Positions 9,532 to 19,976 of a DNA stretch of 64,000 nt are shown here, piece after piece (the stretch's first letter is position 1; each line of letters starts with the position of its first letter). This DNA comes from a virus, in the IMG/VR virus record IMGVR_UViG_2786546475_000019, positions 974 through 64,973 of that record. The stretch is one strand, 5' to 3'. The translations under genes and the position numbers were made by a program. The notes under the pieces were generated by a model. That model saw nothing but the letters and a program-made list of their open reading frames with translations. It made no database searches and was not told the origin of the DNA.

Positions 9532-10265
9532 TGGATTGGACTGTAGCTGTAACTGCTTTAATTGCTTCTTTGCTTGGTTCCGGGGCTACTGGTGGTGCGA
9601 TTGCTGCGTACTTCAAATTTCGTACAAACCAGCAAGCTGTAAAATATGAACAGCAAGAAGTGTTATTCAAACAGATAATGGAGAACGCGAACCGAGCAAC
9701 GGCAAGAGTTGATATCTTGCTCAACGAACTTGCGAAACGCGACGAAGCCATCACTGAACGCAACACTAAAATTGGACAGCTCCAAAACGAAGTTCACGCC
9801 CTATCCGAAAAGGTCGATCGGCTCCGCAAGCAGATTAAACAAATGGAGTCTAACCGAATAGCCTACGACACCATGCACGTAGTCGAAGGTATGATGGACA
9901 CGTTCCCGTTCCCAGCTTGGCTACACTCAGTTGGCGAGAATAAATGGTACGTCAACGACGCATATTGCAAAGCATTTGGAATACACCGCGACACGTTCTG
10001 GCAAGGGGTAAACATCTTGGCGATGTACCCCGCTGAAATTGCGGCAAAGTACGTTCAACATGATATGAAAGTGGTAGAGTCCAATATGGGTTCGCTGTTT
10101 ACCGAGCAAGTCAGCAAAAACGTGATGCAACACGATCCACAATCTGAATTTGAGTGTGACATTTACAAGATGCCAATTGTAGCAGGCGGGAAAAGATACA
10201 TTTTCGGGCTGGCAAAGCTTGGGCATGACGTATGGGGCAACAAACTAGCAACTATTTCAGACTAA
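9531..10265 (+). CDS. membrane-anchored protein with a coiled-coil and a C-terminal globular domain
   Basis: N-terminal transmembrane segment (AVTALIASLLGSGATGGAIAAYF), then a heptad-like charged region. Confidence 0.4.
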   Translation: MDWTVAVTALIASLLGSGATGGAIAAYFKFRTNQQAVKYEQQEVLFKQIMENANRATARVDILLNELAKRDEAITERNTKIGQLQNEVHALSEKVDRLRKQIKQMESNRIAYDTMHVVEGMMDTFPFPAWLHSVGENKWYVNDAYCKAFGIHRDTFWQGVNILAMYPAEIAAKYVQHDMKVVESNMGSLFTEQVSKNVMQHDPQSEFECDIYKMPIVAGGKRYIFGLAKLGHDVWGNKLATISD

Positions 10266-10274
10266 GGTGATAAA

Positions 10275-10526
10275 ATGAATACCGTTATTATGGGGGTAAC
10301 AGTTAGTTGGAAAACTACTGTTGCTGCAATTCTTTCCTCTCTGGCTGCTATTTTTATGGTGCTAGCTGCTTATTTTGATGGCGACCCAGCCACGATCCCT
10401 AATTGGGAAACTGCAGCAATTGCCGTGTTGGCAATCGGCCAAATGATTATTGGGGTTTTTACTAAGGACAATGATAAGTCCACTGAAGACCATAAACTTC
10501 CTCGTAAACGATTGAGGACAAAATAA
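10275..10526 (+). CDS. small two-TM protein, holin-like
   Basis: 83 aa with two hydrophobic helices and a basic C-terminus (KLPRKRLRTK). Confidence 0.3.
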   Translation: MNTVIMGVTVSWKTTVAAILSSLAAIFMVLAAYFDGDPATIPNWETAAIAVLAIGQMIIGVFTKDNDKSTEDHKLPRKRLRTK

Positions 10527-11554
10527 TGGCTACTACCAAAACATTACTTCAAGGCTTTGACGGGCGGGAAGACTTTCGTGATATGCTTCGCGAAATGCGA
10601 ACGGCTGCCCTTCGGTCTTGGGACATTACTCTTGCAATACGTATTCGCAAAGTTCTTCGAAACAATAAACTGTTTGAAAAAGTCTACGACCATGCAACTG
10701 TAACTTCGGCTCAAGCTCTACTTGATAGTCCACGGCTCTCGGAATTTGGCGATGGGGAGTTTGGCAAATGGTTCCTCGATTGGTTCAAGAACGGTGGGGC
10801 TCAAGCTATCATTGAGTTCATTCGAGCATTGCTCCCGTTGTTTGGAGCTTTTATGAGCGTTCTGTTACCGCTTCTTATCACTTTGTCTTTGTGTGCCACG
10901 GCCCAAGGTCAAAGTATCAAAGGAGCCGAAACTGCTAAACCGGGATCGCTCGTTGTCTTAACGCCGGTGGATGCTGACGATGTTCGAACAGTTTGGAACT
11001 TGAATTACCCCGAACAATTCGAGGAGTATGCAGAAGAAAACGGCAAGCTTTTCATTGCAATGCCGTCAAAAACAATTTCGTTTTCACTTCTGGTGATTCC
11101 AAACGATACAACACTCCCAATTCGTAACCTACGTCATACAGTTTCTCCGTCTGACGCTCCAGTGGTTCCGGGCCCCGGTCCTGATCCAGTAGTGCCGAAA
11201 CCTCCAGAGATTGACGTAACTCAATCTCCAATTTATCAATTTGTCAAGAACAGTTTTGAGAGTATCCCGGACCCTAATAAGCGAGAAAGGGCCGGTAAGC
11301 TTGCAAAATCCTTTGGCATCATTTGTGCTCAAATCAAGAATAAAGAAATTACAACAGTCAACGACCTCTTGACTGATATTCGAGAGGCTAACCTGAAAGA
11401 TTGGCCCGAAGACTCTAGGCAACTGTGGACCTCTTTCCGTAACGGTATGGCTCGCCAGTTTGATACTTTGGAAGACGCTGGGGAGTTGGAGACCGTTGAC
11501 GATTTCTACCTTCATTTGAAAGCAATTCAAGTCGCTCTTGAGGAGTCAGTTTAA
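10526..11554 (+). CDS. hypothetical protein with an internal transmembrane segment
   Basis: 342 aa. Confidence 0.45.
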   Translation: MATTKTLLQGFDGREDFRDMLREMRTAALRSWDITLAIRIRKVLRNNKLFEKVYDHATVTSAQALLDSPRLSEFGDGEFGKWFLDWFKNGGAQAIIEFIRALLPLFGAFMSVLLPLLITLSLCATAQGQSIKGAETAKPGSLVVLTPVDADDVRTVWNLNYPEQFEEYAEENGKLFIAMPSKTISFSLLVIPNDTTLPIRNLRHTVSPSDAPVVPGPGPDPVVPKPPEIDVTQSPIYQFVKNSFESIPDPNKRERAGKLAKSFGIICAQIKNKEITTVNDLLTDIREANLKDWPEDSRQLWTSFRNGMARQFDTLEDAGELETVDDFYLHLKAIQVALEESV

Positions 11555-12492
11555 TGTACCCAATTCGTAGATTACCCGACGACCTTATCGTCAGTGAAGG
11601 GTTAACAGCTAAACAAATCAAAAGACAAGACGTTGGCTGGGATGAAATTGATCTCCAGCTTGATAAAGCTTTTGGCCGAGAAAATGAAAACCGATGCCCG
11701 ATTTTTATTGCAGACACCGGTCTTCCTGAACATCCAGATATTCCTAAAGCCCAAGAAGCTTGGAATTTTACCGACGACCCTTCTGTTGTGGATTTGAACT
11801 TCCACAGCACTTGGATCAATGGTAAGATGACGGCGTACAACAATGATATTGGGTACGAAGGTATTTGCCCTGAGGATACTCCAGTATTCATACTTAAAGT
11901 CTTGAACAATCAGGGTTCTGGTTGGCGTATGCTTCAAGCAATGCGTAAAGCGTTAGATTTCTGGGTCAACCATCCTAAACGTCGCTCAGGGGAGTGGGTT
12001 GCGGCAGTTTATAATATGAGTTACGGGGGTGGCGGCTATTCACAAGATGAACAAATTTTGTTTAAGGATATGATAAAAGAGAACATTCTTCCGTTTGCTG
12101 CCAGCGGCAATGAAGGACGTTCGGCTCCCTCATTCCCTGCGAAATATGAAGGAGTTCTATCAGTTGGAGCTTATGACCCTCAACGAGAGAAAGCAAGCTT
12201 TACTAATTACGGCCCGTGGACTGATTTTGTTGCTCCCGGCGTCAACGTCCCTTCCACAATCGGCAAAAACAAGTACGGCCCATATAGTGGGACGTCAATG
12301 GCTTGCCCAATTAAAGCAGCGTGTGCCGCTAATTTTATCAGCTCTCGCCCTAATGATAAATGGATGCATGATGTTCCAGGTTATCAAGAAGCTGTACAAC
12401 CGTATATGGAGAATCTGCCCGGCACTTGGGATGGAGACGGAGTATTCCTTCCCGCAAAAGGAACAGTTCGCAACAAATACTTTTTCTGGTAA
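11554..12492 (+). CDS. subtilisin-like (S8) serine protease
   Basis: Asp box FIADTGLPEHPDI and Ser box SGTSMACP match the subtilase catalytic motifs. Confidence 0.5.
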   Translation: MYPIRRLPDDLIVSEGLTAKQIKRQDVGWDEIDLQLDKAFGRENENRCPIFIADTGLPEHPDIPKAQEAWNFTDDPSVVDLNFHSTWINGKMTAYNNDIGYEGICPEDTPVFILKVLNNQGSGWRMLQAMRKALDFWVNHPKRRSGEWVAAVYNMSYGGGGYSQDEQILFKDMIKENILPFAASGNEGRSAPSFPAKYEGVLSVGAYDPQREKASFTNYGPWTDFVAPGVNVPSTIGKNKYGPYSGTSMACPIKAACAANFISSRPNDKWMHDVPGYQEAVQPYMENLPGTWDGDGVFLPAKGTVRNKYFFW

Positions 12493-12503
12493 AGGAGATC
12501 CCA

Positions 12504-12961
12504 TGAGATCACTACTATTATCAATGCTGACTTTGTCACTTGTTTGTTTTATTTCGTCTATTGGAACAGCAAGCACTCCGCTTACGTTTCAAGACGCTTT
12601 CAACCCCTGCCCTAACGGAGTGTGTCCAACTCCAGTACAAGGCGTCACGGTTCGCAAACCTTTGCTTCGCCCACAAACCACGATCTATGAAGCTTGGGAC
12701 GCGACACAAGGAGTTGTTCAATATTCCCAACCAGTGATAATTTCACAAGGAGTTGTTGAACAATTCACCGCCCCAGTCCAAGAGGTTATGACTACGGAAG
12801 TCGTTTACGAGTACACAACTTTATCAAACGCCATGTACTCGCAATGTGCGACTGCCAATATGGCAGTCGATATTCAACGACGGCGACGTAACTTGGTAAC
12901 GGCGTGGCGACAAAGACCTGGACTATTTGGATGGCGTAAACGACGAGGGCTATGTCAATGA
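12504..12961 (+). CDS. secreted hypothetical protein
   Basis: AAGGAG ribosome-binding site, then MRSLLLSMLTLSLVCFISSIGTAST (signal peptide). The ORF-track entry 12095..12961 is an over-extension through the protease gene. Confidence 0.4.
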
Positions 12962-13218
12962 ATCCAGTAGCTCACACCCTTCGATTGATATCAGTGACAG
13001 CAACAGCCGAAACTCTTAAGAGCCAAAACGATTTGTTCCACGGAGCTTCGGAAATTCGAGTGACCCCTGCTGCTGATATTACAATGAAGGATTTGCAGAC
13101 GGGAGCTTCTGTTACATTAACTTCCGGCCAAACACATTCCCTACCTGCCGCTAACGTTGCGACAGAATTTCAATTCACCACAAGTGGAGCCGAAGTGTTC
13201 CAAGTTTACTCCGCATGA
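12952..13218 (+). CDS. hypothetical protein (the position would suit a small terminase subunit; no supporting motif)
   Basis: 88 aa, start/stop-coupled to the terminase large subunit gene. Confidence 0.3.
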   Translation: MSMNPVAHTLRLISVTATAETLKSQNDLFHGASEIRVTPAADITMKDLQTGASVTLTSGQTHSLPAANVATEFQFTTSGAEVFQVYSA

Positions 13219-14894
13219 TAACTGAACTGTTTGACCATTTAGCCGAAAGCTTAACCCACAGCACAATCACAAATTGTGCTCAGTGGGCGTTAGAGCGTAG
13301 GGTTATGGGACGACCGTTCGAGGGCCCATGGAATTTTAAATTATTTCCGTGGTTATACACTCCGCACGTTTCCAACCATCCATTTCGGTTGGCATTGAAA
13401 GGTGCTCAATTAGGGTTTACAGAGTGGGCAATTAACGAAGCTTTTTACGCTATTGATCATAAGCGTTCAAATGTTTTATATTGTCTGCCTACAAAGGGCA
13501 ACGCGGGTGACTTTTCAACCACCCGCTTCAACCCTGCCCTAGCCCTTAGCCCCTATATCGCGAACTTGTTCTCTGGTGCAGATAATGTATCATTGAAGAC
13601 GGCAGGTTCTCGGTCACTGTATATTAGGGGTTCAAAGGCTAGAGCAGACTTGAAGTCTTTGCCAATTACTGTTTTGATACTTGACGAAATTGATGAAATG
13701 CCTAAAGAGTCAATCTCTCTAGCTCATCATCGTCTTGATGGACAAGCCGTAGGTTCAACTTCATTGCTTGAATTATCAACTCCTACTCTACCTGATATGG
13801 GGATTGACGCTGAGTACAAATTATCAAACCAGATGATTTACGTATTCCAGTGCCCAGGATGTAGCAAGTATATTGACTTGCAATACCCTAGGAATTTTAA
13901 GCTAACTGCTACGCGAATGAACGATCCTGACATTGAAAAGAGTTATTTCTTTTGTCACGAGTGTGATTACGTAATAGACCACGAAGCCAAACCAGAGATT
14001 TTTAAATGCAAGGAAATGGGCGGCACGGGTCACTACAGACCGCAAGTAAAATATGCTGACCGAGAAGGGTACTATGTAAATCAAATGTACTCCTCGGCCA
14101 AAGGCGGAACGCCAATTGAGTGGGCTAAAGCCGTAATACTTGCAGAAACAAATCCGTCAAAAGAACAAGAGCTTTGGAACTCTAAAGTTGGTAAAGGCCA
14201 TGCAACAGAGAACGCAAAGCTAGAAGAAGGAGTCTTAGAGCAGCATAAGCGAAACTACACTATTGCCGACTACGAACTCCATGATAATCGTATTAGAACA
14301 ATTGGGTGTGATGTTGGAGCAGTTTGCGATTTAGTGTGCTTAGAGTGGACGTGGGAGTCTGATCTTGGCCTGCCTAATGATAGATACCGTCCTCGACTGG
14401 TAGGTGAATTATCATTGCCCCGATCTTCGGAAGATGCCCGAGCCATTTTGGACTACTTCCGAAAGATGAACGCTCATATGTTTGTTATGGATTCCGAACC
14501 TGAAAGTCGTTTTGCTCGACAAGTCATCAATTTGCTAGGCGACTATGGGTTCATGTGTGATTATGGGAAAGGATACAAAGCAGGACAAGTTAATGTTAAA
14601 GAAGAAGATGGCTTTATCACTGTAAATCGAACTACATGGTTGGATATAACTATGTCTCGATTCACAGCTGCTAACAAAGACGGAACAGATTTACCTAGCG
14701 ACATAAGCGAACGATTCCTTCAACATATGACAGCCCCTGCTAGATATTACAAAGATGATGCAAATGGCGACCCCATAGCTATTTACAAAAATGAAAAAGC
14801 GGATCACTTGTTTCATGCGTGGACCTACGCTGAGATAGGATTGCCTCTTTACTTCCTAACAGCCGAAGGCGAAGATATCGATGTTATCTTTTAG
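13215..14894 (+). CDS. terL: terminase large subunit (GpA-like)
   Basis: 559 aa, N-terminal ATPase-like region (KGAQLGFTEW..., LILDEIDEM Walker-B-like). Sits immediately upstream of the portal/scaffold/capsid run. Confidence 0.55.
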   Translation: MITELFDHLAESLTHSTITNCAQWALERRVMGRPFEGPWNFKLFPWLYTPHVSNHPFRLALKGAQLGFTEWAINEAFYAIDHKRSNVLYCLPTKGNAGDFSTTRFNPALALSPYIANLFSGADNVSLKTAGSRSLYIRGSKARADLKSLPITVLILDEIDEMPKESISLAHHRLDGQAVGSTSLLELSTPTLPDMGIDAEYKLSNQMIYVFQCPGCSKYIDLQYPRNFKLTATRMNDPDIEKSYFFCHECDYVIDHEAKPEIFKCKEMGGTGHYRPQVKYADREGYYVNQMYSSAKGGTPIEWAKAVILAETNPSKEQELWNSKVGKGHATENAKLEEGVLEQHKRNYTIADYELHDNRIRTIGCDVGAVCDLVCLEWTWESDLGLPNDRYRPRLVGELSLPRSSEDARAILDYFRKMNAHMFVMDSEPESRFARQVINLLGDYGFMCDYGKGYKAGQVNVKEEDGFITVNRTTWLDITMSRFTAANKDGTDLPSDISERFLQHMTAPARYYKDDANGDPIAIYKNEKADHLFHAWTYAEIGLPLYFLTAEGEDIDVIF

Positions 14895-16407
14895 AAACAC
14901 TTCCGACTCGTTCAACTTTGATTTGAATATTACCAAATGGTATGAAGCTTATTATGGCGGGTATCAATTCATTGATAAATATCTGTACCAACAATCAAGC
15001 GAAAAGACAACTGAATTTGAGATACGTAAAAAGATTGCGTACAACCCTCCAGTATTGCAAAACGAGGTAGATCGTATTTTAAGAGCCGTCCAAGAACGTT
15101 TGCACTTGGTCAAACGGCGTAACGGCTCTCGAACCTATCAACAAATGGTAGCAGGAGAGAACGGCGGAGTAGATTATTTTGAGACCAACATGAATTTGTT
15201 TATGGCGGATCAAGTTCTACTTCACTTACTGATAGGCGGCGGGTGTGGAATCTTTATTGATAATTACGGCCCCGAAGATTTAACGTTTGAAGGGAACACT
15301 CACCCGTTCCTTCGAGTAGTTCCTCGTTACAAAATCACGCAAATGGAATACGGAGCTAATCGACAATTTGATAAAGTTTGTTTTGAAAATTTCAAATTTG
15401 AACGAGATTCAGACGGTCAACTTTGGTACACAGTTTACGACACGGACCCCGAAAAAGAGAAAGAGATCGATACACAAGGCCAATTGGAACTAAGCCGTAT
15501 TCCTTTTGTGTGGATTGAAATGCCACGACCCTTGTTGCGAGATGCAGCTGATATGCAAATTGCTTTGTTGAACCAACACTCAACTGAGCTTGAGTTCGCT
15601 ACCAAGTACAACTTTCCAATTTATTACGAGTACACGTCTCCTCGCGGTGGCGGAGACGTGCGTGATAAAAATCGAGAAATTGAACTTACCAAAACAAAAG
15701 GACGTAAAGTTAAACAAGGTTCTGGCCCTCCAGGTTATGTTACCCCGCCAACTGAAAATTTGGACGCGTCCATGCGTAAGAGTGAGCAGATCACTCAATT
15801 GATAAAAGACACTATCAATTCGAACATGGAAGAAAATAAAGAGGATGGTCAAAGCGGCTTGTCCTCATTGGGTCGCTTAATGGAGCGAGCGGAAAATGAA
15901 GTAGCCACGCTTCTAGAAGAATATATCAATGAAGGCGGACAAGCAAGAGTTTGTTACCCAAAAGTGTTCACCCTTCAAACGGTTGAAGAACGAACAGCTG
16001 AAGCTGAACTGTTTGAAAAAATGAGCAATTGCGTACCATCCAAAACGTTTCGAATGGTAACGCATAAGCAAAAAGCAGAAACGCTACTTGGCCCTGTTCT
16101 AACTACCGAAGAACTTGATGTTATATTCAAAGAGATCGAAGAAGCTCCGGCTTCGTGTGTAAACCCTGAAATGCTTTTAAAGCTTCTAGAAAAAGGAGCT
16201 TTGACTACTCATTTAGTTAATGAAATTCTTGGGTATCCTGCTGACGAAGCAGATAAAGCTTTGGAGCAACTTGCTGACCGAATGGCCGTCACTGTGGTAG
16301 CTCAAAGCAAAGCTAAAGAAGTTCAAAGTGATAGTTTACCAGACGACGCTCGACAAGCTCAACGCGGCGAGCAAGATGTTCCTAATGATATTGGAGAGCC
16401 TACCTAA
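14881..16407 (+). CDS. portal protein candidate
   Basis: 508 aa directly after the terminase gene, with an acidic C-terminus. Confidence 0.45.
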   Translation: MLSFRNTSDSFNFDLNITKWYEAYYGGYQFIDKYLYQQSSEKTTEFEIRKKIAYNPPVLQNEVDRILRAVQERLHLVKRRNGSRTYQQMVAGENGGVDYFETNMNLFMADQVLLHLLIGGGCGIFIDNYGPEDLTFEGNTHPFLRVVPRYKITQMEYGANRQFDKVCFENFKFERDSDGQLWYTVYDTDPEKEKEIDTQGQLELSRIPFVWIEMPRPLLRDAADMQIALLNQHSTELEFATKYNFPIYYEYTSPRGGGDVRDKNREIELTKTKGRKVKQGSGPPGYVTPPTENLDASMRKSEQITQLIKDTINSNMEENKEDGQSGLSSLGRLMERAENEVATLLEEYINEGGQARVCYPKVFTLQTVEERTAEAELFEKMSNCVPSKTFRMVTHKQKAETLLGPVLTTEELDVIFKEIEEAPASCVNPEMLLKLLEKGALTTHLVNEILGYPADEADKALEQLADRMAVTVVAQSKAKEVQSDSLPDDARQAQRGEQDVPNDIGEPT

Positions 16408-16859
16408 TGTACGGAACAATTGCAGAAGCTGATATTTATTTCACAACAAAACAATTTGATAACTTGAACGTCTGGCGAGACGCTCTAGACACTGATAAAA
16501 CAATCGCGTTAACTCAAGCCGCTCTACAGATTGATGGTTTGAAATACGCAACGGATACTCCATCTGGCCAAGAACATAAGTTTCCCTTGACGGGCCAAGA
16601 TGCAGTACCTACTAACGTAAAATATGCAGCGTATGAGATTGCTCGTGCGTTGCTATTTGGTGCGGACCCCAATCAAGATGATGAACTTCTTGACGCATCG
16701 GGAATTACTTTAGGAGAAATGCAAGTTTCCAAAGACCTAAAGTATATCTCAAGGGCGAAAGACAATGGAATTTCTTCTGCTGTCGCTTTTAAGTTTTTAT
16801 TACCGTACCTTATCAGTGACGATTACATTGATATTGTACGAGACCAACCCTCTGTTTAG
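16407..16859 (+). CDS. head-associated hypothetical protein
   Basis: 150 aa, lying between the portal and scaffold candidates. Confidence 0.4.
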   Translation: MYGTIAEADIYFTTKQFDNLNVWRDALDTDKTIALTQAALQIDGLKYATDTPSGQEHKFPLTGQDAVPTNVKYAAYEIARALLFGADPNQDDELLDASGITLGEMQVSKDLKYISRAKDNGISSAVAFKFLLPYLISDDYIDIVRDQPSV

Positions 16860-16871
16860 AAAGAGAGATTT

Positions 16872-17738
16872 ATGTTTGTTCCATTTTATCAACGCTTTCA
16901 ACTACCATTTTTGAATGTTGACGACGGTGCTGGCGGTTCTGGTGGCAGCAGCGAAGGTGATACTGGAGAAGGTGATACTGGAGAAGGAGGCTCTTTTGAA
17001 CCTATCACTTCTCAAGATCAACTAAACCGTGTCATCGGTTCGCGAATTGCTAAAGTCAAAACGCAAGCTGAGAAGCTACAGAGTCAACTGGAAGCTGTAA
17101 AGCAAGAGAAGCGTGCAACTCTTGAACACTTGAAAGAGCTTGAACAAAATCATTCGTTAAGTGAAGAACAACGAGAGAAGAATCGGTCAAAAATCCAAGA
17201 ACTCGAAAACTCTCTAATGACAGAGAAAGAACGAGCTGAAAAAAGGGCCAAAGAACTCTCTACAAAACATCAAAAAGAGTTGAAAGCTCTGGAAGATGAA
17301 AAAGACACTTGGCGGTCTCGTTATGAAAATTCAAGCATTGAACGTGCTATCAAAGACGCGGCTCTTGAACATGGAGCTAAAGTTCCAAACCAGATTTTTA
17401 GTATGCTTCGCGGCAACACGAAACTGGAAGAAATTGTTGAAGATGGGCAAGCAACTGGCAGGTTCCAATCTGTGACTACTATCATGGGTTACGGAGAAGA
17501 TGGAGAAAATGTTACAGATTTCACTTTGCCAACCGCAGAAGCAATTGCTAAGATGCGGGAAGATGGCTTGAATGATAATCTGTTCGACTCCAAACAAAAA
17601 GCTGGAACTGGTCGAGGCGGACGAACCGGGACTCAACGATACACCGCAGATCGTCCACCTGTTCCTGCCGATTTCGGCGGAGATATGGACGCTTTCAAAG
17701 ACGCTTACGACGACTGGCGTAAGAAATTTTTAACTTAA
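16872..17738 (+). CDS. scaffolding protein candidate
   Basis: Gly-rich N-terminus with repeated GEGDTGEG, followed by a long coiled-coil-like E/K/Q-rich region. Confidence 0.5.
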   Translation: MFVPFYQRFQLPFLNVDDGAGGSGGSSEGDTGEGDTGEGGSFEPITSQDQLNRVIGSRIAKVKTQAEKLQSQLEAVKQEKRATLEHLKELEQNHSLSEEQREKNRSKIQELENSLMTEKERAEKRAKELSTKHQKELKALEDEKDTWRSRYENSSIERAIKDAALEHGAKVPNQIFSMLRGNTKLEEIVEDGQATGRFQSVTTIMGYGEDGENVTDFTLPTAEAIAKMREDGLNDNLFDSKQKAGTGRGGRTGTQRYTADRPPVPADFGGDMDAFKDAYDDWRKKFLT

Positions 17739-17757
17739 ACACTACAGGAGATGAAGT

Positions 17758-19122
17758 ATGGCTTCGCCTAACGATGCGTTGATTCCTGAGCTATGGGCCC
17801 AGGAAGCTATTAACTTGATGTGGGAAAATTTCCTTTTCGGGCAATTGTTCCACACCGAATTCAAAAACCAAATTGCTGTTGCTGGCGACGTGGTTAACAC
17901 CTCTCGACCTGTTCGGATGCGTGCTCACCGTAAGAACAGCGACATTCAAACTATCAATGACCAAACCGCACGTTCAACTAATATCAAAGTTGAACTGAAC
18001 CAGCAAATTTACGTTTCGTTCTTGCTGGGTTCACGGGACCGGTCTTTGAGTTTTGTTGACTTGACAAGCAAGTATCTTGTCGAAGCGATGCAAGCTCAAA
18101 TCCGAATGATCGATCGCTCGATTGCTGGACACATTGCATTGTTCTTGGCCAACGCAGTTGGTACTTCAGGAACTATCAGTGCGTCTAACGCTTACAACCA
18201 ACTCACGTTGGCTCGTAAGAAACTGAACGATTACAATGTTCCTGAGCCAAACCGTCGGTTTGTCTTTGGCAATCGTTCGGATATCGCGTTCTTGCAAGAT
18301 GATCGCTTTATCAATAGCGATTACAACGGCATGGGCGGTACAGCGGTTCGCGAAGCGTATCTTGGTCGAACTCTCGGCTTTGATATGTTCCGTTCGCCAA
18401 ACTTGCCTATGGCTGAGAACTGCCCTCAACAGTCGCCAACGACTGTTGACGGAGCGGCAGCAGCAGGAGCTACGACTATTGACGTAGCAACTGGTACAGC
18501 CCCAGCTGTGAACTCGTACATCGAGATCGCAGGGGAAGGTTCTCCAAACTTGGTCACGGGAGTTTCAACTGATACTCTCACCTTGAAGCGTCCTCTGCGT
18601 AACGCCGTTGCTGACGGTGCCGCAGTCAAGATTTTCTCTCAAGGTGCTGTGAATAACGCAGCAGGCCACGATGCTGGTGATAACTTTGACGCCAAGGCAA
18701 ACGGTTACGCTGCTAACTGGGCCGAGGACATTGCTGTTGACGGTAACGTCCCAGCAGTTGGTCAAATTATCTCGTTTGCTTCGCATGACGCCGAGTACGT
18801 TGTTGTGAATCTCGAAGGTAGCAACATTCTTTTGGATCGCCCATTGGAAGCTGCAATCGATGACAATGACACTGTTGCTTTGGCTGGTGACTTCGAATTG
18901 AACTTCGCGTTTAACCCGAAAGCTATCGGTATCATTTCCCGTCCATTGGCTGTGGAGATGGAAGGAACTGGCGTCCGTTCAGCAATCGCCGAAGGTTATG
19001 GCTTTGGTGTTCGCGTGGATATCGGTTTTGACGGGACCAAGCAAGCACAACGTGTGACCATCAGCTCGTTGCTCGGTCTCAAGCAGTTGGATGAAGAACG
19101 CGGAGTACCTCTCCTTGCGTAA
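17758..19122 (+). CDS. major capsid protein candidate
   Basis: 454 aa following the scaffold gene. Size and position fit an HK97-fold major capsid protein. Confidence 0.5.
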   Translation: MASPNDALIPELWAQEAINLMWENFLFGQLFHTEFKNQIAVAGDVVNTSRPVRMRAHRKNSDIQTINDQTARSTNIKVELNQQIYVSFLLGSRDRSLSFVDLTSKYLVEAMQAQIRMIDRSIAGHIALFLANAVGTSGTISASNAYNQLTLARKKLNDYNVPEPNRRFVFGNRSDIAFLQDDRFINSDYNGMGGTAVREAYLGRTLGFDMFRSPNLPMAENCPQQSPTTVDGAAAAGATTIDVATGTAPAVNSYIEIAGEGSPNLVTGVSTDTLTLKRPLRNAVADGAAVKIFSQGAVNNAAGHDAGDNFDAKANGYAANWAEDIAVDGNVPAVGQIISFASHDAEYVVVNLEGSNILLDRPLEAAIDDNDTVALAGDFELNFAFNPKAIGIISRPLAVEMEGTGVRSAIAEGYGFGVRVDIGFDGTKQAQRVTISSLLGLKQLDEERGVPLLA

Positions 19123-19546
19123 TCAACGGCAAAGAATTGATAGGCTGCTGTATGCTCTGCAAAGGGCGTACAGTCAGCCCTGTCATTACGTGACAGTTAC
19201 TGGGGTGTCAACTGATTATGATACTGGAGCTATCTCCACTTCACAATCTGTGACACTTCATCCGCAGACTATCACGTTCCGTTCTAAATACGCACAGGAG
19301 CGACTTGCTAGCATTGGCCAATTATCATCTGGAGTTGAAGTCGCAGAACGAATGTTCGTTTTTCGAGGAAGCTCTTGGGAAGTAAACGAAAATGACTTTA
19401 TTGTGTATAACGGTAAAGCATTTGAGATTATTTCACATGATAACTTGGACGGAGCTGGCATGAGCTTTGCAACTAAATCCACTCAAAATGCGACTTTTAG
19501 CTTGTCTAAAACACACAGAGTGAGTGTTTATGTCTACGCAACTTAA
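19091..19546 (+). CDS. head-tail connector / completion candidate
   Basis: 151-aa ORF. Confidence 0.35.
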   Translation: MKNAEYLSLRNQRQRIDRLLYALQRAYSQPCHYVTVTGVSTDYDTGAISTSQSVTLHPQTITFRSKYAQERLASIGQLSSGVEVAERMFVFRGSSWEVNENDFIVYNGKAFEIISHDNLDGAGMSFATKSTQNATFSLSKTHRVSVYVYAT

Positions 19547-19976
19547 CGAAGTCTGGACCAAAGCTATCAAGCGGCGAGTCAATTTAGTTTGGCAGCCGAA
19601 ATTGGTAAATGTTTTAGTCCCAGAAGAACAACGACACTCCAAGGACTATAGTTCTTGGTTTGAAGTTAGAGTAGTCAATTTGCGATTTCGTGAACTCACT
19701 CACGGTTGTTGGAGAGCGAGTTTTGAAATCAGCATTTTAGTTATCTCTCCTGAGAGTGATAACATTTACACCCACGACGAAAGATCAGGTAAGGCAGCTT
19801 CCACAATGGTGGGCTGTTTTACCTTTTCGTCGGCGGGACTCGTACACTTTCAAAGAGTGCGAGAAGACGACGTGCAGATTCGAAACTTAGCTCGAAGGAG
19901 CCAAGGGTCGATTATTTTTGATTACGAAGTGATAGCCAAATACCAAGGAGATTTTGAGCATGGCCAGATCACCTAA
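19524..19976 (+). CDS. head-tail joining candidate
   Basis: 150-aa ORF. Confidence 0.4.
   Translation: MFMSTQLNEVWTKAIKRRVNLVWQPKLVNVLVPEEQRHSKDYSSWFEVRVVNLRFRELTHGCWRASFEISILVISPESDNIYTHDERSGKAASTMVGCFTFSSAGLVHFQRVREDDVQIRNLARRSQGSIIFDYEVIAKYQGDFEHGQIT

Noticed and set aside
12095-12503. 5' portion of ORF 12095..12961 overlapping the subtilase gene
   Set aside because: The out-of-frame overlap with a motif-supported protease gene, together with an AAGGAG-ATG and signal peptide starting at 12504, indicates the real gene is 12504..12961.
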